The notes under the pieces were generated by a model. It did not search any database. It was not told the origin of the DNA and saw only the letters and a list, made by a program, of their open reading frames with translations. This document shows positions 20,060-29,210 of a DNA stretch of 64,000 bases, in pieces (the first letter of the stretch is position 1; each line of letters begins with the position of its first letter). This DNA comes from Gemmatimonas sp. (GTDB lineage: Bacteria; Gemmatimonadota; Gemmatimonadetes; Gemmatimonadales; Gemmatimonadaceae): contig JANNVQ010000030.1 of the NCBI GenBank assembly GCA_031414535.1, forward strand, positions 64,001-128,000, in the 5' to 3' direction. Both the position numbers and the translations under genes were made by a program.

Positions 20060-20545
20060 ATGCCCGCGTCCCATTCTCTGCTCGGTCGCCTCGTCATCGT
20101 GGTTGCCCTGATGGCGCTTGCCTCCCGCGCTGAGGCCCAAGCCGGCGAGCAATTGAAGGTCCGCGAGCGCGCCAACACCTCGCGTGGAGCACCGTCCGAT
20201 CCCTCCGAGGACGAGAACATCAAGACGGTGGGTGGCCTCAACGTCCGCGGCGAAATGGGAGAGCAAGCTCCTGACTCAAAGCGAGAGAACGGCGCCATGA
20301 GCCGCGGCTCCGCTAGCTGCAAGGTGCACTACGACAATCGCACCAGCTTGCACGTCGCCACCTACGCCGAGGGCATCTTCCGCGGCGACGTGGCGCCTTG
20401 GGGGGACCTGTATACATACGTAATCGGCGGCCAGACGCGCATCTACGCGCGCGCCGGCTTCACCGACGGCTCCGTCACCACCTGGGGCCCTCGCCTCGTG
20501 GAATGCCCAGCTGGCCGCGAGTTCCAGTGGATGCTGTACAACTAG
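20060..20545 (+). CDS. Small secreted hypothetical protein
   Basis: GGAG upstream of ATG 20060; signal peptide ending AEA-Q; polar N-region followed by a beta-rich domain with two Cys. Confidence 0.7.
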   Translation: MPASHSLLGRLVIVVALMALASRAEAQAGEQLKVRERANTSRGAPSDPSEDENIKTVGGLNVRGEMGEQAPDSKRENGAMSRGSASCKVHYDNRTSLHVATYAEGIFRGDVAPWGDLYTYVIGGQTRIYARAGFTDGSVTTWGPRLVECPAGREFQWMLYN

Positions 20546-20646
20546 CTGTATAGGTAGGCGACACTCCGGACTGCACGTTCCTGATTGCATCTCCGGACGC
20601 TTCCCCGCACGTTTTAGTGTTGAGCCCTCACACTTTCGCTCCTGAC

Positions 20647-23600
20647 ATGCGCTCGCTTCGCATCCTGTTGGTCGCCGTCGCCGCTTCGCTGGCACTCAGC
20701 GCCATCCCCGCCGACGCACAGACGGACAACCGCGCGGGGAGCCGCGGCGTGATCCCGCAGCGCAACACGCAACAGCGTGTCGTCGGCAAGCGCCGCGCCC
20801 TCATCGTGGGCGTGGATGAATACCAGGACCGCCGCATCCCGCAGCTGCGCTACGCCACGGTTGACGCGATGGCCTTTGTGGGCTGGCTGCGCTCACCCGC
20901 CTCCGCGGCGAGCATTGATACGATGGTCATTCTGCTCAACAAGGATGCCACCCGTGAGCGCGTGCTCGACACCTACCGTGAACTGGTCGCGCAGACGCAA
21001 GAGAACGACGAGATTATCTTCTACTTCGCCGGCCACGGCGGCGTACGCGAAGTGCACAATGCCGTGGAGGGCTATCTCTTTCCGCACGATGCGGACTCCT
21101 CCAACATCGCCCGCCGCGGCATCTCGCTCGACGACATCAATAAAGAAGTGAGCTACCTGCCCGGCCAGAGTCCGGTGCTGCTCATCCTCGACGCCTGCCG
21201 CTCGGGCAATCTCTTCGGCTCCAACCAAATGAGCCGCGCCGCCGCCAACCTCGGCCCTAACGTGCGGCGCATCGTCTCCAGCTCCGGCAACCAGGATTCG
21301 CAGGAAGGCGATCGCTGGGAAGGCCATGGCGCTTTCACCTACTTCCTATTGAATGGCCTCTACGGCATGGCGGATGCCGATCGGAGCGGCAACGTGACGC
21401 TCGCCGAGCTCGGGCTCTGGGTGGTTAGTCAGGTTTCGCTCGAAACCAACGATGCCCAAGTGCCCGAGGTGCAGCCCTTCGATCACAAGTGGGGCATCAC
21501 GGGCGTGGTCCCGAGCTTACGGGATTCCGTAGCAAGGCGAGTCGCGGCGCGGCCTGGTTCCTCAGGAGCCGGCCCGACGCGCGGCATCTCACCGCCAACG
21601 GCCCCGGCGCCCTCGCCTGCACCCACGCCGGCAACGACCCGTCCGGCCAATCGTCCGGCTCTCCGTCGGGGTGGCGTCATCAACGTGGGCGATCGCGTGG
21701 CTGGTGAGCTCGCCCTCACGTCGCCAACGCTCGGCGATTCCACGCGCTTCGATGTGTGGACGTTCAGCGGCAAGCGCGGAGATCGCATCGCCATCACGAT
21801 GCGCTCCTCGGCATTTGATCCGTATCTGATACTCACGCGGAACGTCGGTGGCTCCAACGAGAACGTCCGTCAAGATGACGATGGCGGCGGCGGCACGGAT
21901 GCGCGCGTGGCCGTGGAACTGCCCGCCGACGGCAACTACAGCATCGTGGCCAACGCCGTGGGCAAGGAAGCGCTTGGCGAGTACTCACTCGCGCTCGAGG
22001 CCGTTGATCGTGTCCAGATTGCCTTCCCGCAAGTCATCGCCAATGCCGCGCAGCACACCGCGATGCGTATCGGTTCTACTGTCAACGGCACGCTCACGCC
22101 GCAAAGCGCGCTACTCACCGACGGCTCGTCGTTTGACGCCTACACCTTTGAAGGCCGCGCCGGTGAGTCCATTGAGATCTCGATGGAGACCACGGATTTC
22201 GACGCATTCCTCGCGCTCGGCATCTTCGGGAGCGACTCGGTCGTGGCCAAGGATGACGACTCGGGCGAGAACAGCAACGCGCTCATCGTGGCACGTCTGC
22301 CGCGCACGGGGCGCTACGTTATTCTGGCCAACTCGTTTGGCCGCGATGCCGCCGGCACCTACTCGCTGGGCCTTCGTACCGGCCGGCCGACCCTGCCCAC
22401 CACGACAATCCTCGGGCGGACTGGGGGCACTCCGCCCATTCGTGTGGGCCAAACGGTCACAGGAGACCTTGGCCGCGCCACCGAAGCCATGCAGGACGCC
22501 TCTCCGTTCCAGGTTTGGTATTTCGAGGGCCGAGCCGGTCAGCGCATCACGGTGAACATGCGTTCGGCGGACTTCGACAACTTCCTCCACATCGGACGCG
22601 TTGGCGCCAAGGTCACACTCGGTAGTGATGACGATTCTGGTGGCGGCACGAATGCACGCGTGAGCGTCACGTTGCCCGAGAACGGGCTGTACGCCATCAT
22701 CGCCAACGCACTGCGGCCCAACGGCAGCGGGAGCTACACCCTCCACGTGCGCGAAGGCTCGGGTCCGGATTGGAGATCGATGACTAACAAGGATGTCCTC
22801 GCGGCGGCGGACTCGTTCCCGCGCATCCAGCTGGGTCAGAGCGTTCGCGGGCGCTTCAATGACTCGAGCCCGCTGCGTAACGACGAGTCCCCTTTTACTG
22901 GCTACGTCTTCGAGGGTCGTCGCGGCAATGTCTTTCAGATTGATATGGAAGCGGGCTTCGATGCCTTCCTCTCAGTAGGACGTGCGGGCACCGATTCCAT
23001 CATCGCCAACGATGACGATGGCGGCGACAGCACCAACGCCCGCCTCACGGTGACCTTGCCAGCCGACGGCCGCTATGTGGTGATTGCCAACTCCGTAGGC
23101 AAGGACGCGCGTGGGGAGTTCACGCTCCGGCTTTCTGCCGGCCGCGCTGCTGTTGGGCTGACGCAGATTCTTGCACGGAACCCGACGGCCACGCAGATGC
23201 TCCGCGCCGGCCAAACCGTGAGCGGGCGACTGTCCGATGCGGACCCCATCATGACCGACCGTAGCCCCTTTGCGACTTGGTTCTACGAAGGGCGCGCCGG
23301 TGAGCAAATCACGGTCACCATGCGCTCGACGGACTTCGACGCCTTCCTGCATCTCGGACAGCAAGGGCTCACCGAAGCGCTGGCCAACAACGACGATGCC
23401 GCAGAAGCCGGTGGCACCAACGCGCAGATCAGCATCACACTGCCGCGTGATGGTATGTACGTGATTGTCGCCAACATGTTGTCGTCAGGCAGTAGCGGCG
23501 CCTACACGCTCGAACTCGCGAGCCACAACGCGCCAGCTGGACCCACGAGCAGTCTCAGGCCGAGCACCGGCAAGGGCGCCCCGCGTCCGTCCGCAGGAGT

Positions 23601-24018
23601 AGCCCCTGCCGCAACCCCCCTAGCAATTCCCGCCGCGCTCGCCGTGCCCACCGACCCTAATCGCACGGTGCGAATCGGGCAGACCGTGAACGGCACGCTC
23701 GGCGCTTCAAGCACAACTCTCAGTGACAACTCCCCGTTCGAGGCTTGGTACATTGAGGGCCGCGCGGGCGATCGCATCACTATCACCATGCGCTCCAGCG
23801 ATTTTGACGCGTACGTACACATTGGCCGGCAGGGCGATCGGGCCGTCCTCGGCAACGACGACGACTCGGGCGGCAGCACCGATGCACAGCTCAGTGTGAC
23901 GCTGCCGGCTACCGGCACCTACGTGATTATCGCCAATACGTTCGCCGCTGGGGCCAGCGGCTCGTACCGACTCGAAGTCAGCGCGGCACGCGGCGCCGAT
24001 GAGAGCCTCCGCCAGTAG
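20647..24018 (+). CDS. Exported caspase-family (C14) protease with six tandem PPC (pre-peptidase C-terminal-like) domains
   Basis: 'RRALIVGVDEY', 'FYFAGHG', 'LILDACRSG', 'HGAFTYFLLNGL.G.AD'; six repeats of 'F.G..G..I.I.M.S..FD..L....DDD.G...A......LP..G.Y...AN'. Confidence 0.9.
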   Translation: MRSLRILLVAVAASLALSAIPADAQTDNRAGSRGVIPQRNTQQRVVGKRRALIVGVDEYQDRRIPQLRYATVDAMAFVGWLRSPASAASIDTMVILLNKDATRERVLDTYRELVAQTQENDEIIFYFAGHGGVREVHNAVEGYLFPHDADSSNIARRGISLDDINKEVSYLPGQSPVLLILDACRSGNLFGSNQMSRAAANLGPNVRRIVSSSGNQDSQEGDRWEGHGAFTYFLLNGLYGMADADRSGNVTLAELGLWVVSQVSLETNDAQVPEVQPFDHKWGITGVVPSLRDSVARRVAARPGSSGAGPTRGISPPTAPAPSPAPTPATTRPANRPALRRGGVINVGDRVAGELALTSPTLGDSTRFDVWTFSGKRGDRIAITMRSSAFDPYLILTRNVGGSNENVRQDDDGGGGTDARVAVELPADGNYSIVANAVGKEALGEYSLALEAVDRVQIAFPQVIANAAQHTAMRIGSTVNGTLTPQSALLTDGSSFDAYTFEGRAGESIEISMETTDFDAFLALGIFGSDSVVAKDDDSGENSNALIVARLPRTGRYVILANSFGRDAAGTYSLGLRTGRPTLPTTTILGRTGGTPPIRVGQTVTGDLGRATEAMQDASPFQVWYFEGRAGQRITVNMRSADFDNFLHIGRVGAKVTLGSDDDSGGGTNARVSVTLPENGLYAIIANALRPNGSGSYTLHVREGSGPDWRSMTNKDVLAAADSFPRIQLGQSVRGRFNDSSPLRNDESPFTGYVFEGRRGNVFQIDMEAGFDAFLSVGRAGTDSIIANDDDGGDSTNARLTVTLPADGRYVVIANSVGKDARGEFTLRLSAGRAAVGLTQILARNPTATQMLRAGQTVSGRLSDADPIMTDRSPFATWFYEGRAGEQITVTMRSTDFDAFLHLGQQGLTEALANNDDAAEAGGTNAQISITLPRDGMYVIVANMLSSGSSGAYTLELASHNAPAGPTSSLRPSTGKGAPRPSAGVAPAATPLAIPAALAVPTDPNRTVRIGQTVNGTLGASSTTLSDNSPFEAWYIEGRAGDRITITMRSSDFDAYVHIGRQGDRAVLGNDDDSGGSTDAQLSVTLPATGTYVIIANTFAAGASGSYRLEVSAARGADESLRQ

Positions 24019-24045
24019 TTCAACACCATCCTCACATCCAAACAT

Positions 24046-24930
24046 ATGAAGACCGCGTTTGTCGTCCGCGCCGCTGCGGTTGCCGCACTCTCTTTGTCCG
24101 CAACCATCGCTCTCGGTGCCCAAGAAGTCGACAAGTCTAAGGCCGTTGATCGCGCACTCGCCGCGTTCAATGCCACGAGTTCTTTGCGCAGCGGTTCCTC
24201 CGATGCCGTCCGGCCCATCACCATCGGCGCTCGCCAGTCCTCGTCACTCGATGCCAGCGATCCCACGCTCGGCGACGGGTCGCACTTTGAAGCATGGTCA
24301 ATCGAACTCCGCGCCGGCCAGGCCGTGTCCGTCACCCTGCGCTCAAGCGAGTTCGACGCCATGCTCATGATGCTCCAACAGGACAACCCGGAAAACCGCG
24401 CCGAGAACGATGACTTTGAAGAAGGCTCGACTGATGCGCGTATCTCGTTCCGCGCGCCGGCCACGGCCACGTACATCATCGTCGCGAACTCCTACGAGGG
24501 CGGTCAGCGCGGCGCCTACACCATTGAGGTTTCGGCCGCGAACGGCGGCGGCAACAGCGGTGGTGGCGCGGTGGGTGACATGATGGCATCGTCCGGTAAC
24601 GTGATCACGATTGGCCAGACGATCAACGGAGAGCTCTCCAGCAGCGACCCGACGCTCACCGACGACTCGCATTACGACGAGTACACGTTTGAAGGCAACG
24701 CCGGGGATCGCATCGTCATCACGATGCGCAGCGGTGCCTTCGACACCTTTCTGAAGGTCCAAGACGCGGCCGGCAACGACGTCGGCTCCAACGACGACGC
24801 CTTCGAAGGCAGCACCGACTCGCAGGTGGTGGCGACGCTCTCCGCCCGTGGTCGGTTCACCATCGTGGCCAACTCGCTCGAGGCCGGCCAGACCGGCACC
24901 TACACCCTGACGCTTGAGCGCGGCCGCTAA
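24046..24930 (+). CDS. Secreted protein with two PPC domains
   Basis: Signal peptide LGA-Q; two PPC repeats. Confidence 0.85.
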   Translation: MKTAFVVRAAAVAALSLSATIALGAQEVDKSKAVDRALAAFNATSSLRSGSSDAVRPITIGARQSSSLDASDPTLGDGSHFEAWSIELRAGQAVSVTLRSSEFDAMLMMLQQDNPENRAENDDFEEGSTDARISFRAPATATYIIVANSYEGGQRGAYTIEVSAANGGGNSGGGAVGDMMASSGNVITIGQTINGELSSSDPTLTDDSHYDEYTFEGNAGDRIVITMRSGAFDTFLKVQDAAGNDVGSNDDAFEGSTDSQVVATLSARGRFTIVANSLEAGQTGTYTLTLERGR

Positions 24931-24972
24931 GGCCTCGCTTCACTCCTTCCAGCCCTCCTGCTCACTCAATCC

Positions 24973-26241
24973 ATGTACACTCGCAACTTTGTCCGCGCTC
25001 TGGCGCTCGCGTCTCTCCTCTCCGGCGCGCCTGTCGCGCTCGAGGCGCAGGACGGCTGGAACCTTCCGATTGACCGCAACCGTATGATCCGCGGCGGCGA
25101 GACCAAGAGTTCCTCCCTCGACAGCGGCGACCGCGCGCTCGGCGACGGCTCGTTCTTCGAAGCTTGGTTCTTCGAGGGTCGCGCCGGGCAGCAGGTCACG
25201 ATCACCATGCGCTCCGGTGGCTTCGACACCTTCCTCGCCGTTGGCCGCCACAACGGCGATGTCATCGAGACCAACGATGACTACGAAGGAAGCGCCAGCA
25301 CCAACTCGCAGATTTCCATCGCGCTCCCGGCCGATGGCATGTACATGATTCGGGCCAACTCGCTCGAAGCCAGCAAGACGGGCGACTACACACTGTCGTT
25401 GGAAGGCGGCAGCGGCAGCGGCCCCGTCAGCACTGGCAAGGGCGGCAATACCACCAGCACCACGATGACCGCCGCACAGGTCTTCGGTATGCCTGTCAAC
25501 CGCTCGCGGATGCTGCAGTCCGCCCAGCAAGCCTCCGCGGCGCTCGACGCCAGTGACAACAAGCTCAGCGACGACTCGTACTTCGAGGTCTACTACGTGG
25601 AGCTTGCCGCCGGTCAGCAGGTGACCGTCACCATGCGCTCGGGGGCCTTTGATACCTACCTCTCGATTGCCGCTCAGGGCAGTTCCGAGGCCGCCGAGAG
25701 CAATGATGACATGGAGGAAGGCAACACCGACTCTCGGGTCAGCTTTACGGCCCCGTCGGCTGGGACCTACGTCATCATCGCCAATTCGCTCGAGGCAGGC
25801 GAAACCGGTGACTTCACCATCGTCGCCACAGTCTCCGGTGGCGCCAGCGTTGGCGGTATCGCCGGCGATATGATCGGCGCGAGTGGCAAGGGCTCGGCCC
25901 CCAGTAGTTCGCGGGTGCTGACGCTGGGCCAGACGGTTAGCTCTGAGCTTAGCGCGGATGACCAGAAGCTCGAGGACAACTCCTTCGTCGAGCTCTGGGT
26001 GTTTCAGGGCCAGGCCGGCTCCCGCGTGACCATCACGATGCGCTCGGGCGACTTTGACGCCTTCGTCATCGTGCGCGACGCGGCCGGCGAGGCCATCGGT
26101 AACGACGATGACTCCGGCGGCGGCACGGACGCGCAGGTCACGGTCACCATCCCCGCCAACGGGCGAATTGCCATCGTGGCCAACTCCCTGGGCGAGGGCG
26201 AAACCGGGCGCTACACCCTCCAGATTGTCCGGGCAAACTGA
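24973..26241 (+). CDS. Secreted protein with three PPC domains
   Basis: Signal peptide LEA-Q; three PPC repeats separated by Gly/Ser linkers. Confidence 0.85.
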   Translation: MYTRNFVRALALASLLSGAPVALEAQDGWNLPIDRNRMIRGGETKSSSLDSGDRALGDGSFFEAWFFEGRAGQQVTITMRSGGFDTFLAVGRHNGDVIETNDDYEGSASTNSQISIALPADGMYMIRANSLEASKTGDYTLSLEGGSGSGPVSTGKGGNTTSTTMTAAQVFGMPVNRSRMLQSAQQASAALDASDNKLSDDSYFEVYYVELAAGQQVTVTMRSGAFDTYLSIAAQGSSEAAESNDDMEEGNTDSRVSFTAPSAGTYVIIANSLEAGETGDFTIVATVSGGASVGGIAGDMIGASGKGSAPSSSRVLTLGQTVSSELSADDQKLEDNSFVELWVFQGQAGSRVTITMRSGDFDAFVIVRDAAGEAIGNDDDSGGGTDAQVTVTIPANGRIAIVANSLGEGETGRYTLQIVRAN

Positions 26242-26319
26242 AACTGAGCCCGCGCGCTTCGAGTAGATTGGAAGCAACCCCGCCCAACCGGGCGGCTGTC
26301 CAATCTGTAGACCGCCCTC

Positions 26320-27015
26320 ATGCGTATTTCCTTCCCTCTACTTATGCTGGCGGCGGCCTCCCTTTCGGCCTGCGCCCCCCAAGGTCGAGCGGCGCAAGCT
26401 CCCGCGCCGCTCGACCCAGCTGCCCAAGTCCGCGCTGACTCCCTCCGCCTGCCGTACAACGAGGCGGACATCACCTTTATGACCGAGATGATTGGCCACC
26501 ACGCCCAGGCCATCCTCATCTCCCGCTGGGCACCGACGCACGGGGCCGACAGCTCTATTCGAATCCTCGCCGCACGCATCATCAACTCGCAGATGGACGA
26601 CATCGCGTTGATGCGTCGCTGGCTCGCCGACCGCAACAAGCCACTCCCGAGCGTCACACCGGCAGGGGTGTTCACGCCCGCTCCCGCCGACACCACCGGT
26701 GAGCATGATGGCCATGACATGGGCGATATGGCCCACGACCACTCGATGATGGCCGGAATGCTCACGCCGGCCCAACTGGTTGAACTCGACGCCGCCCGCG
26801 GCGAAGATTTCAGCATTCTGTTTTTGCAGCGCATGATCAACCATCACCGCGGTGCGGTCACGATGGTCCAGACGCTGATCCGCGACCGCGGCGCGATTGA
26901 CGAAACCGTGTTTCGCTTTGCAGCCGACGTCGAGGTGGACCAGTCCACTGAGATTCGGCGCATGCTCCAGATGTTGCTCGAACGGGGCGGCAATCCGCCC
27001 AGCCCGCCCCAGTGA
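26320..27015 (+). CDS. DUF305 domain lipoprotein
   Basis: Lipobox 'LSAC'; 'ADITFM..MIGHHAQAI', 'FLQRMINHHRGAVTM', 'DQSTEI.RM'. Confidence 0.9.
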   Translation: MRISFPLLMLAAASLSACAPQGRAAQAPAPLDPAAQVRADSLRLPYNEADITFMTEMIGHHAQAILISRWAPTHGADSSIRILAARIINSQMDDIALMRRWLADRNKPLPSVTPAGVFTPAPADTTGEHDGHDMGDMAHDHSMMAGMLTPAQLVELDAARGEDFSILFLQRMINHHRGAVTMVQTLIRDRGAIDETVFRFAADVEVDQSTEIRRMLQMLLERGGNPPSPPQ

Positions 27016-27056
27016 TTCTGCAGTTCCCGTTGCACCACCATCCGAAGAGGGTTCCA

Positions 27057-29072
27057 ATGAAGTCTCTGTTCCAGCGTACCGCGACAGGTACCGCGAGAGG
27101 TACCGCCATGGCCGCGCTCGTCGCCGTCGCGGCCTGCTCCCAGCCGGCGGTGGAAACCGCGCCCATGGCGCGCTCCACGCCGACCCCGCCTTCCTTTATG
27201 AACGACCCCCGCGTTGGGCTTTCGGCCGGTCTCTTTGACGCCGCCCAAGCCACCAGCGGCATGCGCGTCGTCGCCAGCGCCCGCTCGCCCGAAGGCCACC
27301 TCGGCATCACCAACTCCGACCTCGCCTTCACTGGCAACTATGTCATTCAAGGCAACTACGCCGGCCCGGTGATCTGGGACATCTCCAATCCTGCCAGCCC
27401 GACCGTTGTCGCGGCTGTGGCCTGCCCGGCCTCGCAGAACGACGTCTCCGTGTTCGCCAACCTGATGTTCCTCTCGGCCGAGGCCTTCAACGGCCGCACC
27501 GATTGCGGCACCCAGGCACCCACCGGCCAGTCCAACCCCGCTCGTTTCCGTGGCGTGCGTGTGTTCGACATCTCTGACATTCGTAACCCCAAGCTCGTGG
27601 CCGGCGTCCAGACCTGCCGCGGCTCGCACACGCACACCGTGGTCGAGAACCCGCGCGATCCGGCCAACGTCTACATCTACGTCTCGGGCTCCGCGCCCGT
27701 GCGTCCGAACTCGGAGCTCGAAGGCTGCATTGGCGATGCACCGTCGGCCAATCCGAACTCTTCGCTGATGAAGATCGAAATCATCCGGGTGCCGCTCGCC
27801 AACCCGGCGGCCGCGGCCATCGTGAACCGCGCGGCAATCTTCACAGGCCTCACGGCTCCGCCAGAGCATGGTGAGACCGCGGCTGACAAGGCCGTTGCCA
27901 TCGCCCGCGCCGACTCCGCCCGTGCCCGCGGCGGCTTCGTCGCCATCAACCCGCAGTCCGGCAGCCCGATTGTGCTCGGCGGCGGATTCGTCCGCACCCA
28001 GCTCGACTCCATCGTCCGCACTCGCGGCGGTTCAGGCGCGCCGACGGCCGCTGACTCCGCCACGCTCCGCGCTGGCATTCAGGGCATCATTGATCGCGTG
28101 TTCGGTTCCGGCCCCCAGCCGGGTGCCCCGGTTTCCTCAGGCTCACAGTGCCACGACATCACCGTGTATCCGCAGTTGGGACTCGCTGGTGGTGCCTGCG
28201 AAGGTCACGGCCTCCTGCTCGACATCAGCGATCCGGTGAACCCGGTGCGCCTTGATGCCGCCGCGGACTCCAACTTCGCCTACTGGCACTCGGCCACGTT
28301 CAGCAACGACGGCTCCAAGATTCTCTTCTCCGATGAATGGGGCGGTGGCGGCGCGCCGAAGTGCCGCGCGACGGACAACGCTGAATGGGGCGCAAACGCA
28401 ATCTTCCGCGTCGTGAACCGCAAGCTCGTGTTCGAGAGCTACTACAAAATCCCAACCGTCCAGAGCGCCACGGAAAACTGCGTCGCCCACAACGGGTCGC
28501 TCGTGCCGGTGCCGGGCCGCGACGTGATGGTGCAGTCCTGGTATCAGGGTGGCATCTCAGTGTTCGATTGGACCGACCCCAAGAAGCCGTTTGAGATTGC
28601 GTACTTCGACCGCGGTCCGGTGGACGCTAACCGTCCGGCGATGGGCGGCGCCTGGTCCACGTACTGGTACAACGGCCAGATCATCTCGTCCGAGATCGCT
28701 CGCGGTCTCGACGTTGCCGAACTGACGCCGACGCAGTTCCTCACGCAAAACGAGATTGACGCCGCCAAGACGGTGCGCTTCTCGCAGTTCAACGCGCAGG
28801 GCCAGCCGCAGCTCAACTGGCCGCCGAGCTTCGCCCTGGCCAAGGCCTTCTTGGATCAGTCGGAGCGCAACAAGTGCGTCACGGCCGCGCGCGCGGGCGA
28901 GATCCGCACGGCGATTGGCAACGCTGAGCGCGCCACCGGCTCGGCTCGTCAGCAGCAGTTGCAGGCGCTGGCCTCGCAGATGGGCAGCGACGCCCGCAGC
29001 AGCTGCGACAACAGCAAGAACAGCCAGCTGCAGCGTGCCCTGCAGAACCTCTCGCAGGTGACGATTTCGTAA
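27057..29072 (+). CDS. LVIVD-repeat beta-propeller lipoprotein
   Basis: 'NSDLAF', 'IWDISNP', 'QTCRGSHTHT', 'CHDITV', 'ENCVAHNGS'; usual partner of DUF305. Confidence 0.85.
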   Translation: MKSLFQRTATGTARGTAMAALVAVAACSQPAVETAPMARSTPTPPSFMNDPRVGLSAGLFDAAQATSGMRVVASARSPEGHLGITNSDLAFTGNYVIQGNYAGPVIWDISNPASPTVVAAVACPASQNDVSVFANLMFLSAEAFNGRTDCGTQAPTGQSNPARFRGVRVFDISDIRNPKLVAGVQTCRGSHTHTVVENPRDPANVYIYVSGSAPVRPNSELEGCIGDAPSANPNSSLMKIEIIRVPLANPAAAAIVNRAAIFTGLTAPPEHGETAADKAVAIARADSARARGGFVAINPQSGSPIVLGGGFVRTQLDSIVRTRGGSGAPTAADSATLRAGIQGIIDRVFGSGPQPGAPVSSGSQCHDITVYPQLGLAGGACEGHGLLLDISDPVNPVRLDAAADSNFAYWHSATFSNDGSKILFSDEWGGGGAPKCRATDNAEWGANAIFRVVNRKLVFESYYKIPTVQSATENCVAHNGSLVPVPGRDVMVQSWYQGGISVFDWTDPKKPFEIAYFDRGPVDANRPAMGGAWSTYWYNGQIISSEIARGLDVAELTPTQFLTQNEIDAAKTVRFSQFNAQGQPQLNWPPSFALAKAFLDQSERNKCVTAARAGEIRTAIGNAERATGSARQQQLQALASQMGSDARSSCDNSKNSQLQRALQNLSQVTIS

Positions 29073-29098
29073 CTGCAGCACCGATGTTCCCGTAGTGA

Positions 29099-29134
29099 GC
29101 GACGCCCCCGGTGCTTATGCGCCGGGGGCGTCGT
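29099..29134 (+). terminator. GC-rich hairpin, probable terminator
   Basis: gcgacgcccccggtgc-ttat-gcgccgggggcgtcgt downstream of the LVIVD gene. Confidence 0.7.
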
Positions 29135-29210
29135 TGTGCTCATTCCCCGACTCGCGCAACAAGCGCGGAATTGAGTGATTGCTGACTACCCCCCCGATTT
29201 GGAGGTTTCC

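Noticed and set aside
21676..26241. Repeated DNA motifs (atcacgatgcgctc, gacgacgactcgggcggc) suggesting a CRISPR or other repeat array
   Set aside because: Degenerate, in frame and hundreds of bp apart; explained by PPC protein repeats; no cas genes seen
12995..26241. Caspase locus as a mobile defence island or gasdermin/CRISPR-linked system
   Set aside because: No integrase, transposase, tRNA or att repeats seen, no obvious compositional shift, and no recognisable gasdermin, NLR or Cas gene
24940..26277. 445-aa antisense ORF, and similar long shadow ORFs (3187-4113, 10409-11857, 16344-17453, 17874-19106, 41301-42608, 52422-53654)
   Set aside because: They overlap well-supported genes on the opposite strand, show no family motifs, and are expected from stop-codon scarcity in GC-rich DNA
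26320..29072. DUF305 and LVIVD genes as members of the caspase system
   Set aside because: A commonly paired module with its own terminator; no motif links it to the caspases beyond proximity
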